Positions 1 to 11,750 of a DNA stretch of 64,000 nucleotides are shown one piece after another. A program made the position numbers and the translations under genes. A model generated the notes under the pieces. That model made no database searches and had not been told where the DNA came from. It saw only the letters and a list, made by a program, of their open reading frames with translations. The first letter of the stretch is position 1; every line of letters begins with the position of its first letter. The DNA comes from Podarcis muralis (lineage: Eukaryota). The stretch spans positions 45,322,001-45,386,000 of the forward strand of contig NC_135661.1 of assembly GCF_964188315.1 (NCBI RefSeq), given 5' to 3'.

Positions 1-140
1 TAATTTAGAAAGAAAGAAACTATAATAACTAGTGACCAAGCTTTATTTTATCCCTCTCCTTCCTCCCCATTGCTTTTTCCTTGTGTGTATTGTACTGTCT
101 TTTAGATCAGAAGCCTGGGGCCAGGGACTGTTTTCCAGCA

Positions 141-381
141 CAGTGGTACCTTGGTTTACAAACAGTCCTGTTTACGAACTATTCGGTTTACAAACTCCGC
201 AAAACCAGAAGTAGTGTCCTGGTTTGCGAATTTTACCTTGGTTTACGAATGGAAGCCAAACGGTGGAAAGGCACCAGTGGTGGGAGGCGTCATTAGGGAG
301 AGCACGCCTCAGTTTAAGAACGGATTCGGTTTAAGAATGGACTTCTAAAATGGATTAAATTTGTAAACCAAGTTACCACTG
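141..381. mobile_element. Tigger/pogo-like (Tc1/mariner superfamily) MITE, variant interior
   Basis: TIRs CAGTGGTACCTTGGTTTAC / GTAAACCAAGTTACCACTG. Confidence 0.75.
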
Positions 382-383
382 TA

Positions 384-614
384 CAGTGGTACCTCAGGTT
401 ACAGATGCTTCTGCTTACAGACGCTTCAGCTTACAGACTCCGCTAACCTAGAAACAGTACCTCGGGTTAAGAAATTTGCTTCAGGATGAAAACAGAAATT
501 GCACGGCGGCAGCAGGAGGCCCCATTAGCTAAAGAGGTACCTTAGGCTAAGAACAGTTTCAGGTTAAGAACTGACCTCTAGAATGAATTAAGTTCTTAAC
601 CTGAGGTACCACTA
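384..614. mobile_element. Tigger/pogo-like MITE
   Basis: TIR CAGTGGTACCTC...GAGGTACCACT, flanked by TA; interior shared with the copies at 12352, 13332 and 54865. Confidence 0.85.
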
Positions 615-1257
615 TACAGAATTGCCTTCAGACGGCTTGGAGGTCAGATAACTCCATACCCTCCAACATTTCTCCAATGAAAATAGGGACATCCTAAGGA
701 AAAGTGGGACATTCCGGAATCAAATCAGAAACCGGGATGGCTTCAATAAATCAGGGACGTCTATGGAAAATAAAGATACTTGTAGGGTCTGTTTTTGTTT
801 AGCCAAGTCTAACCTGACCCACGTTTTAATTTCTTTTTAGCTTGCTATTGATTTTAATTATTGTTGTATTTTTAAAATACAAGCAGTGACAATTTCACAC
901 AGGGGTTCTGTTCCCACCCCCTGTGTCTGTCGGCGGAGTTTGCATAAGAGCACCCTGCTGTGTCCCCATCTTCATTCTCCATTCTGTCCCCAAAGAGCCA
1001 TGCATCGGGGATTGCGTGTCAACTGGACACACCTAAAATGGTTGCTGCCTGTACCTGTTTTTAGCTATCTTTTACTGATAAAATTAAATGTTTGGGGAGG
1101 GGGGTTGTAAATCGCTTAGCAGCCTATTTACAATCAAGTGGCATGTAAGTTTTGTTAACACATAAATGTGAAAATGTGATCAGGTGGACCTGTGCTACCA
1201 GCACAGAGTGAGTAGAAGAAAGCTGAATGTGAAAAGAGCCCCGAATATAGTTTAAGG

Positions 1258-1414
1258 CAGAGCTTTCCAAACTTTTCATGCTGGTGACATACTGTTTAGA
1301 CATGCATCATTTCAAAACACAGTAATTCAGTTTTATTAGCAATCTGGAGGTTAAACTAACCCCTTTCCAGGAGCACAGGGAGTGTTCGCGCAGCACACAG
1401 ATTGGAAAGCTCTG
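1258..1414. mobile_element. hAT-type MITE
   Basis: 13-bp TIR CAGAGCTTTCCAA / TTGGAAAGCTCTG; 8-bp TSD GTTTAAGG / GTCTAAGG. Confidence 0.8.
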
Positions 1415-4400
1415 GTCTAAGGGCACATAAGGCAGATACCTTACCTGAAGCTAAGCAAGTCCGTGTGTGGGCACCAACTGAGCACTCCACATATGTTGAG
1501 TTGGCTTCCAAGATGGAATAAACAAATACACACACAAAAATAAACTCTGCCGTGCCAGCCCAAAGCATTTTGTTGCCTGAAGTGGAGCACCTAACATTTC
1601 CTCCCCATTCTGAGCACAACAATTCACAATGCTTCACTGCACCATTCTGTTCAGACATCAGTTCTTGCTTTTATCTAGCCTTCCTAAATTCCATCATGTG
1701 AAGCAGCCAACTTCACCTTGCTGCCTCCCCATTGGGAGACCTGTGAAAACTGTCCCCACAGTAATTGTTTGCGGAGTGCAAAAGCCAAAAAGGCACAATA
1801 TGGCAAGGGCCTTTTTACCTCCATCAGACATCTGCTAAGTTGCTGACTTCAGGCAGGCTGAACACCTGCCAGGGCTGCAGATAGATATGTACAAGCTCAG
1901 CACCAGCCTGGTGGGGTAAGATACACCCCAGGGTTTGCTGCAACCCATATTCTGGGCAGAGATAAGGGGCTCAACAAGCAGCCAAGGTGGAACCGCCTTC
2001 TGTACTTGCACCCAGCCCAGTGTGTGAGCTGTCAGGCTACAAGGAGTCACAGGGGAGGAATGGTCCTGCTTAAGAGCAAACCCAGGGCAAACTGCACTCC
2101 CCACTGAAACTGTGACGCCTGCTGCAGCAAGAAACACAAGGGTGTTGTTGGGGCGGGGAATGAGTCCAAGTCCTACATCTCTTGCCTGCTTCTCTCTCCT
2201 GAATTTTAAAAATGGGGTTTTCCCCTTTAAAAAATGCTTACAGGGTAGCTGAGTGCAGCGCAGAGCACAGTGCTGGTTGTGGTGTACTGTTTTTTTAAGG
2301 AAAAAGTAGGGAGTGTTAGCACAGGTGAAAGGTGTTTAATCAGCCAATTTCCTTATGTCTGGCAGTCCTGCCAGTGTTTGCTTAGTTTTAGAAGATTGTA
2401 GTTAATTAAGCCCTACTTATAAACACAAATTAACAAACCTAGTTTAGTCAAGTCAATGAACTTCAATGGGTCTACTCTGAATAGGACTAGCCTTGACAAC
2501 CACCCTCAGTATCTAAATGACAAACACAGAAGATTTTGAGTCTTCAAGTTTGTCTTACTCAAGCCTAGCAAAGGTGGTGCCCTCCAAATGTTGTTGGACT
2601 GCAGCTCACATTATCCCTGATCACTGGCCACACTGGTTGGAGCTGATGGGAGTTGTAGTCCACCAAATAACTAGAAGGCAGCAGCTTGCTCGCCCCTGGA
2701 TTCCTAACTGCATGTTTCGGCAGCAGACATTACACTGGTAAAATCCCAGTGCAATTGGCTTGCTCTAGCTGTGCATCATGAGAAAGCAAGAGACGAGGTT
2801 GCTATTGCTGCAAGTCAATAAATACAATTTAGGGCATGTCCACACTTCTGCTTGTCCCACCACTTTCCCCCAGTGAAAACCTACTCCTTACCACTGAATC
2901 AAAGCAGACATTGATTGGATTTTCCGTGGATTGAAGTTTGCACCAATTCAGTGGTGAATAGTGGGTTTTCCCAGGGAAAGCGGTGGGGCAAACGGAAAAT
3001 GGTTCAGACCCACACTTTCTAGGCACAGAATAAGCAAGGCTTAAGTGATATGGTACAAGCCCTTAGTCCTCCTCAAACGCAGCCTTTGAAGCTGTAGTCC
3101 TCTACATAGTGGTGAGGAACCTCAGGTGCAGGGGCTGAAAGTGGCCCTCTAGGTCTCTCTGCCCAACAGTGGATGGAAAGGTGTGTGTGCTGTCTGTGTG
3201 CCTGCATGTGTAAACCTCTGACTTTTGTCTGGCTGGGATGCAACCTGCTGTAGAAAGATACAGGTTGCATCCATTGCTCTGCCCCACTTTTGCCTCTGGC
3301 CTGCCAACCGCTGGCATGTGCTCCCTGAAAGGTTCCACATGAAGGAATGTGGTCCTCAGGTTAAAAAGCCATTAAACACAATTGGACTTATTTTAACAAT
3401 GTGTTGGATCACCCTCAAAGTATGTGTAATTTAACTGGATCAACATCGTCTCCTGTTACATTCATCTCTTTCTCACTCTCTTCCTCCCCCTCCTTATGTT
3501 GCCTTCCCTGTATCAGATTTTTAGACTGCACTCATCCGTTGAAGGACCTTACTCTTATTCTTTAAAATACCATGCACATCCATGATGAGAATAGCCCATA
3601 GTCAGGGTGATGGAAGTTGGAGTCCAGCAGCATCTGGAGAACTACATATTGGTCACTCCTAATAGAGATCAATCAACACACATACATACTGGAAGGCTGC
3701 CTTTCCAAGTCCAAGACGTGTGCCTTGCAAACAAGCTTTGAGCCCCAGAACATTTTTTTAAAAAATTAAATAAAAATTAAATGATGATTTCAGCATGCTG
3801 GACATAAGCACAAATCCTGATGGCACTGTGTGGCTGCCTACCATTCTCTCTCCTTAGGTTGAGAAGCATCAGGAACCAGTCCAATATTAAGTCAGGAGAG
3901 TACAGCAAAAGGGTTTTTTTTTTTTTGCCCTCCAAAATACAGAGACGGGCATGGATAGAGGACGTGAGAAAGCTGAGGAAGACCTGTCCTCCCTGCGATT
4001 CCACAAATAGTCTGATACCCATTTTGCCTTTGTGGCATTGGCCAAGCCTAGGGTGAGGGGAATGGGAACATTTGGGGTCACCAGGAGCCAAAATTGTCTG
4101 GCTAAAATCTGAGGGGGGAGAGAAATATAGCTCAGTTCCTGCGCCTGGCCACTGCATCAGCAGCAGCACAGCTTGCAATAAATCCAGTGGGGAAACGGAC
4201 CGAAACGTTCCCATTATTACAGAATGGCATCTGTACTCCCTCCCCGACACAGCCTCCTTTACAAACGTGAGCCAGGCTCTCCTCACAAAAAGAGAGAGAA
4301 AGAGAGAGAGAGAACAGCCAGACAAGGTCATCCTAAGAAGCTGCTGGAAAAGAGAGGTGTGAGTTTAAAACACACACACACAGCTCTCAGCCTCCTGTTC

Positions 4401-4669
4401 AGAAGGGCAGGAGAGATGAAAGGCCCCCTTTGTCTCACCCAACCTGCGGCATGTGTTTGTTGTTATTTCTGGGTCCCAAAATTAGGAAGATGAGAATGTG
4501 GGGACCACAAGGAACAATATCCTCTTAGGGCATTCATCCTGACTTGTTTGCAAGGAGATTAGTAGACACTGGTAAGGCTAGATGATGTTACATTAGAGCA
4601 AGTTGTGTGACACACTTTCCAGTGCATTCTGCACAGGAAGGGAAGGGAAAGGGGAATGATAGTAAGACA

Positions 4670-5300
4670 GGTCATAACAGAAATTCTTAACATTATGCAT
4701 GGTATAGAGAAGCTGGATAGAGATATATTTCCACCCCTCCCTTCTCCATCATACTAGGATTAAAAGGTAAAGGTAAAGGGACCCCTGACCATTAGGTCCA
4801 TTCATGACCGACTCTGGGGTTGCGGCGCTCATCTCGCTTTATTGGCCCAGGGAGCCAGTGTACACCTTCCGGGTCACGTGGCCAGCATGACTAAGCCGCT
4901 TCTGGTGAACCAGAGCAACACACGGAAACACTGTTTACCTTCCCGCCGGAGCGGTACCTATTTATCTACCTGCACTTTGATGTGCTTTCGAACTGCTAGG
5001 TGGGCAGGAGCAGGGACCGAGCAACGGGAGCTCACCCCGTCTCGGGGATTCAAACCGCCGACCTTCTGATTGGCAAGTCCTAGGCTCTGTGGTTTAACCC
5101 ACAGCGCCACCCACGTCCCATACTAGGATTAGGGTTAACTAAATCGAGTTGATTAGCAGTAGGTTTTTTAACTTGTGAAACTCAGTGCCACAAGATGTGG
5201 TGATAGCATCTAAGTTGCAGAAGGCTTTAAAAGTGGATTAGACTAGACAAATTCTCAAGGAATGAGAACTCAATGAACAGCTATCAGCCACAATGACCAT
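4670..5300 (+). mobile_element. Decayed CR1 LINE 3' fragment, interrupted by the Sauria SINE
   Basis: ATTATGCATGGTATAGAGAAGCTGGATAGAG...CAAGATGTGGTGATAGC...GGATTAGAC pattern typical of CR1 ends. Confidence 0.6.
4763..5118 (-). mobile_element. Sauria SINE, full length
   Basis: (AAAGGT)n tail on the plus strand; 13-bp TSD CATACTAGGATTA at 4750-4762 and 5119-5131; inserted into a CR1 fragment. Confidence 0.92.
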
Positions 5301-8300
5301 AGCAAACTTTCATATTCAAAGGCAGTTGGCCGCTCAATATCAGTTGTGGGGAGGGAGGGACTGTAGGGGGCACTGCCTTCATGCCTTCCTTGTGGACTTC
5401 TCAGAAGCATCTGGCCAACCACTGTAGGAAATGGGTTGCTGGGTTAGATGGTTCAATCCAGCAGGAGTCTCCTTACTTCCTTACTCCACCAAATAAGAAC
5501 ACTTAACATTGTAAAGCGGTTTTGTGCACTCTTACAACCTGATACATCAACAGGGAGCAGGAAAACTATTGGCAGGCCTCTTGCTGCCAACTCCTTTAAT
5601 TTTAATCCAAGCCTCACCAAGTCTGTAGATTCTTTTAAAGTGCAAAATCAAACAAACAAACAAAAACCCATGCAATAAAACTGCAAAGAGAATCTCTTTC
5701 ATGTTCAAAAGGCCTATTTCCAGCCCCTGTGGTGGTAGGAAAAACTTGGCAAATGTCAATGTGTGACAGAGGGGGGAAAATATTAAAGACTTTGATCCAA
5801 AAATAAACAAAAGAATAGCATCAAGAAACTTCTCTTTTTTAGTTTAAGTTAAAATTCATGAGCTTAAAACAATCTTGCGGGGCTGGGGAGGGCTGTGCTG
5901 ACTCAGGTTTTGAAGACTTGCCCCCAGCTGCTTTCTCCATGGCTGGGAGGAGTGGAGGCTTCAGTTTTTAATGGTGGGAGGGGGAGAGACTGGGAAGAAG
6001 CTCCAGAGCTAAACTGGTTCATGGAAAAGGGATGTAGCCAGGGCTTTTCCCCCCAGCTGGAACTCACTGAAACTCCGTTCTGGCACCTCTCATGTGGGTG
6101 CCATTGCCATTATAAAACAAGGGAGACGTTCATGGTGAGTTCCGGCATCTCTTTTTCTAGCAAAATAGCACTGGATGTAGCTGCATGGTGGAACATCTGT
6201 TTTGCACCCAGAAGGTCCCAGGCTCAGTCCTCAGCATCTCCAGGTACAGCTGGGAATTGCCCTTGTATTAAACCCTGCCTGGTAGAGCTACTGCAAGTCA
6301 CTGGACAACACTGAGCTACAATATTAGAGCATCTGCCTTTCATGCAGAAGGTCCTGGGAATATCCACTGCCTGAAGCCTTGGAGAGCTGTTGCCAGTCAT
6401 TGTGCACAATACAGTATCGTCCTTGTGCATCCCAGTCTTTAGATGGCGAGTCCTGCTGTCTTTGGGGGTGCTCCTGCTCTGTTCTGCTGAGTGGGGCTCT
6501 GAACTTCTGCCCCAAACTCCTGCCCTGATGGGAAATGCTTTATGCCGTCAGGCCACTGTTCGTTCTTGCTCAGTACTGTAATTCCAGAGCCTAAATTTTG
6601 CTAACTGTACCACCACTCTAGTGTATGAATTGGATGAGACTGGGCTTATCACCTAACCCTGGTTTTGTCAATTTCTGCTCAGAGAGGAACATAGTAGGTG
6701 CAATTGATCTCTTCTCCCTTCTTTCATTTGACAATTTAGCAAGAAAAGAAGAAAAGGGGGGAAGATTCCAGGTAGATAACTGCACTCCACTCTCAGTGCC
6801 CAGAGAGACAGGCCTCAGTAATCGTGCCCATTTCTGTTACAATCTTAAGGGCTCCGCCAGTATCCCTGCCTCAGACCACAACTGGGACTAGATGCTAGAG
6901 TTCCTTTGAAGGGTAGATTTTCTCATATGACCTTCATTATGGGAAATAGCATTTCATATTAATAAGAATCTGCACATGGGCGATTCCAGAAGGGTAGCCT
7001 TGTTAATCAGTTACAGAAAATGCAAACAAGTCCTACAGCACCTTAAAAACCTTATTGTGGCAGAAACTTTCATGCACTAAACAGAAGTGGGGAGCCGTTT
7101 TGGCTCCTCAGGCAAAACCCTGATCAGATCTAGGCTTGTGGGCCAAGTTGGTCAGGCAGGCAAGGCCATCCCCTCTCAATCACCTGATGTCACAATGATG
7201 TCAGGTAATTGGGAGCCTTGAGGTCCCATTGTTGGGACTTCAAAGAACCACACAGTGCTTGTGAAATGCTTTAAAGCACCTGAGCCTTGGGGTTTACCCT
7301 TGCCAGTTTTCCCTTGCACTTTAAGACTCCCAATTGGCACTAGCAGCTGTGTCTCTATCTAGCCCACACCTGTTGTCACATAAAACATCAGGTGTGGGGC
7401 AGGTGGGCATGGTTTTGGGAAAACGGGCTTGCAGGCCAAATCTGAACTCCTAGCCAGCCAAGTCTGGCCCATAGACTGGAGCTTACCTACCTCTGTACTA
7501 GAGGGAACTTTATCAAATGTATGAAGCACTATCCTCAACTGATACACGAGAAGGGGGAGGGGATTGTAAACTTTAAGAACAGAAGTCATGACATCCCTAA
7601 ACTGCACCTCTTACATTTTGTGGTATTTGAGCCCTACGGTTCACATCATCTCTCTGTCTTTCTCCCTGTGTACATACTGTATATTATGAATTTCCTAACT
7701 AAGGACTGCATTCCATGCATCTGAAGAAATGAGGTCTACAAATATGTAATTGTCTTTAAAAATGCCCTAAGGCTTCTCTGTGTGTTTGCATTTCGAGATT
7801 ACCTTGTAAATAAGTGCTTAATTCTTAAGTAGATGCCTGCCAAGACTCAAGTCTGCTCTGAACTTGAAGTGCTTTGCCATCATGCTGGAGGCATGGGGAT
7901 CAGCCAGCATTGAAAGGTCCATGAGAAATCTTGTACATGCACAAGAATCAGGGGCCTGTGTAACTATGCAGTCTTGTACAGAAATCTCCAAGGATTCAGG
8001 GGTGCTGAGTGCAGCAGTGCTGATTTGAGCAGCAATGGTAGCTCTTAGTGCAGCCAGTGAGCCCACCAAGAGCATGAGTGGGGTAAGCTGTCCGGGAGTG
8101 TGCTTTATGGCAACGTGTGCCCTGACAGGGTGGCAAGGAGGTGGCAAGGACAGTTCCGGGTATGTTACCACCCCCCACCAAAGTTTAGTCTTCCTTCCCC
8201 CTCTCTTCATCTTCAGTTTGTCACCATGGATTGTAAGCAGTGTTGTTGTTGTTGTTTTTGAAGAGAAGACAGCATAGAAAACAAAAACCTATATGCCAGG

Positions 8301-8759
8301 TGTGGTGTGGGGAACCTATAGACCATGAGCAAGGCATGGCTTATCCACCTCTCTTCCAAGTCCTGCCCACTCTTATTTCTCCACACCCATAGCCCCATTT
8401 TCACTGCTGCCTGCTGAGCAGATGGGCACCAGGAGAAGGGAGGTCTACACTGTGTTAGGTGTGGGGGGCAGCTGATATGCCTAGTGTTGCTGCTGCCTGA
8501 CAGAAATGGAAGAGACATTTACAGGCAGATTTCCCCCCTCCCCTCCATCACTTTCATGCCCCGCCCCCAGGTCTTGTTGGATACTGACTGGGTCTGATGG
8601 GAATCTGGCAATATCTGCGGACCACCAATTTCCCACCCCTGTTTACAAGGGTTCTGAGCAAGAAACAAACAAATTTGGAGCTTTGGGAAAGAATTCCCGG
8701 ACTGGTAATCTGGCAAAAACTGACTTCAGTTGTGGCTACACTATATTAGGCTTTCTAGT

Positions 8760-9102
8760 AAAGTAAAGGTAAAGGGACCCCTGACCATTAGGTCCAGTCG
8801 TGACCGACTCTGGGGTTGCAGCGCTCATCTCGCTTTATTGGTGGAGGGAGCTGGCGTACAGCTTCCGGGTCATGTGGCCAGCATGACTAAGCCGCTTCTG
8901 GCGAACCAGAGCAGCACACGGAAATGTCATTTACCTTCCCGCCGGAGCGGTACCTATTTATCTACTTGCACTTTGACGTGCTTTCAAACTGCTAGGTTGG
9001 CAGAAGCAGGGACCGAGCAACGGGAGCTCACCCGGTGGCAGGGATTCGAACTGCTGACCTTCTGATCGGCAAGTCCTAGGCTCTGTGGTTTCTACTCACA
9101 GC
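8760..9102 (-). mobile_element. Sauria SINE, slightly 5'-truncated
   Basis: Near-identical to 4763-5118. Confidence 0.9.
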
Positions 9103-10489
9103 TAAATGCACTCTCCTCTTTATTATTTCACACCTCACAGAATAGATATCACACAAATATCTGGTGAGTCAACAACAACAACAGCAAAGAAAGAGGTCAG
9201 TGGTGCTGTAACTATTTACACTGTCCCAATAGAAAACATCTGCTGCACGGCAAAGCAAATAATGTACAAAGTCTCCACTATTGATCAACACTGTTCATTC
9301 AATCCTTTTAAAAATCTGTGTTCTTCTGCTCTGATACTCCCCTGTGCATTTCAGATGAGATGATCCCCCTTCTCAAGGGTAATTAAAAGAATTCAGAGAG
9401 CTGCAATCATTCAGCAGCAGCATGTATCTCTGTGTACCGTGAGTCATAAAGTGTGTAGTTCCTAATCTAGCATCAAATCTGACCGTTTTTTCAGGACACC
9501 AAGAAGCTTACGTTTCCTTCCTTCCTTAAGTTTTTGCTCTCATAACCTTCAGCAACACAGTCCAGATACCTCACAAGCATGCAGAAGACCCAAAACAGTA
9601 CAGTTACTGTACAATTACCAACATACATGCAAATATGTCTATACAGCACTTGGGATTTTAACCCCAGAGTTTATGCCATGAATTTCTCTAGTCCTTTTAA
9701 GAACTCCACAGGCAGAATAGCATTCTATGGCAGTGAGTTCCATAGATCTGGTAGAGAAAAAGCTTTTTCTGTCAGAAACTACATAGTTTAGAACAAAGTT
9801 TTCAAGCTGTTTGAAAGAGAGGTGACTTGTCAGCAGTACGTAAAGCCTCCCTGCTCTAGTACATCAACATATTTTTGATGGTGGGGGAGGGGGAAGGTGG
9901 GTTCAATTCAATGCACATAATGGATTGTCATATGCTAGCCAACACTGAGTGTAAATCAAGTTATGCTATCCAAAAGAAAGTTACACTATATTTGCAACTC
10001 CAGAATATACTACTTGCACAGTGACACATGAGTAGCACAGAAGTCGTGCCCATGCATCCTCATGGGGTGTGGGTTCACTTGTATGGGTCTCTCTGCTGCC
10101 AGAAAGTGCTTGTGTGCACCAGCCACCAAAAGGGGCCTCCAATCCATTTCCTTATTGCTACTCACTGGCAAGGCTCTGAGAATCTCCCATACCGCCGTCC
10201 TGCCCCTCATGTTCCATCTTTCCCCGACGCAGAGCTTGGACGGCAGCCAGAAGGTTATCAGTCTTTCTTCCCCACTGCGTTTCTCATTAGAATGTCTGCA
10301 AAACGAACGTGTGCAGCTGTCTTGAGCTCCGAGGCTGCAGGCAGTTAGGCAGTACCTCCTTTTTTGCACTTATTAGAGCAACGGCAGCTACATCTGCTGT
10401 TAATTCTGAACCCTAACGACGCTCTTAACAAAAGCAACAAGCAGAGGCTATTGCAGCACTTAACTAATGAAGGCTCGACCTCCCTGCCT

Positions 10490-11750
10490 CATGTAGCAGT
10501 CAGACAAGCCCGGGGAGGCGGATTCCCCCAGCGTCCGCGCGCGCGCGCGAACTGCCGTCCAACTCGCCCTCCTTTTGATCTCGCGCCGTCGGATACACCT
10601 TGGAACGCCCCGGGCCCCGGTTACCTAGGAGACGTTGTCAGCAACCTTCCATCCTTGCGCCGCGGACGTTCTGAGCCCGCCCTCTTCGGCCGGCCTACGC
10701 CAATCGCGCGGCATCCCCCCAACCTGCTGGGGGCTGACGTCATGGCCGGTGAGTTCTCTCTCCTGGCCTCCGCCTCCTTCTCCTGTTTGCTGTTTCTGCT
10801 GGTGGAGCAGCAGCAGCGGCAGCGGCAGTAGTAGCAGTGCGGGGCGGGAGGAGCGAGCCGGCCCTGCCCTGCCCTGCCCGGCGCAGCATGGCCAAGCACC
10901 ACCGCACACCGGCGCGCAGCCCGGAGCCCGTCATCGAGGTCAAGAGCAAGGTGAGCGCGCCCGCCCCCAGGGTGGGGGGCGGCGAGGTAGAGAGAGGGGG
11001 GGGGCAAATCTGTTGCTGCTGATTTGCCCGGGAGAAAGAGGGGGAATGTGCTCACCAGCAGCAGGGCAAGCTCTGCGCATCGGCGGCGCCAGAGCTGCAG
11101 CCTCTCCAGCTCGGGAGTGGTTTTCCAGACCCACAAACGCGAGGTCCGTCTAGCTCGCCCCCTTCCCCTCATGTCGCTGGGGCCCAGGTCACGCCAGGGG
11201 CCCGTTCGCCCTGCTGGGGGCAGCCTTGATCCGGCTTGCAGCAGGTGCACCGGGCATGTGCCGCCACCGTCTCCCCCCCCCCCCCGGCCAGGCTTGCACC
11301 ATCCCCACGACTGGACGGGCTTGCGCGACGCATCTCGCACTCCCCACCCACCCCCGCTTTCTTTCCTGTCCCGGGTGTCTGCTGTGCGCGTCTAGCCTGG
11401 CCTAGTGGATGGCGGAACTGGCCGATTGTTTATGCTGCCCCCCCCCCCCCGCCAATCCTTCGGCAGTGTGGAGACTGCCAGCAGAGGATTATTGCTCCGA
11501 TCCGTGGGGATTTCTGCCTTCGATGCGGAGTATGTGTGCGGGAAAACCTCCTTCTCCCGGGAAATGGAACCGAGGGATGCCAGAGTTCTCCGCCGGTTAT
11601 GCAATGGTGCACCAGAACCGGGAGCACCAGAACCGGGCATCAGACCCGTGGCTATTTAGCATCGGGCCTCGGAGGGATGCTGAGCTGATTTCTGGAAGCG
11701 AGGGGATGCCTCAAAGAATCGGTGGAGCCGGATATTGATCCAGCGTTAAA
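10490..11750. promoter_or_regulatory. CpG island / PARD6A promoter (likely bidirectional)
   Basis: Dense CpG; (CG)7 at 10536-10549, CCAAT at about 10700, perfect CRE TGACGTCA at 10735-10742. Confidence 0.85.
10888..10950 (+). CDS. PARD6A: PARD6A coding exon 1
   Basis: GCAGCATGG start; ends AAG|GTGAGC; 21 codons. Confidence 0.95.

Noticed and set aside
3236-3272. Perfect 12-bp hairpin GGATGCAACCTG...CAGGTTGCATCC as a possible miRNA
   Set aside because: Only 37 nt and the flanks do not extend the stem; too short for a pre-miRNA and likely a palindromic repeat remnant.
3777-4331. 184-aa minus-strand ORF as a candidate ACD exon
   Set aside because: It starts in an (AG)n microsatellite, crosses a poly-A run, and shows no TPP1 similarity.
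5480-5631. Minus-strand peptide STDLVRLGLKLKELAARGLPIVFLLPVDV, faintly like SDR exon 2
   Set aside because: No neighbouring SDR exons or motifs; the similarity is too short to distinguish from chance.
10364-11738. Cluster of 100-240 aa ORFs on both strands
   Set aside because: Expected in a stop-poor CpG island; the peptides are low-complexity (P/R/G/A) and only 10888-10950 matches a known protein.
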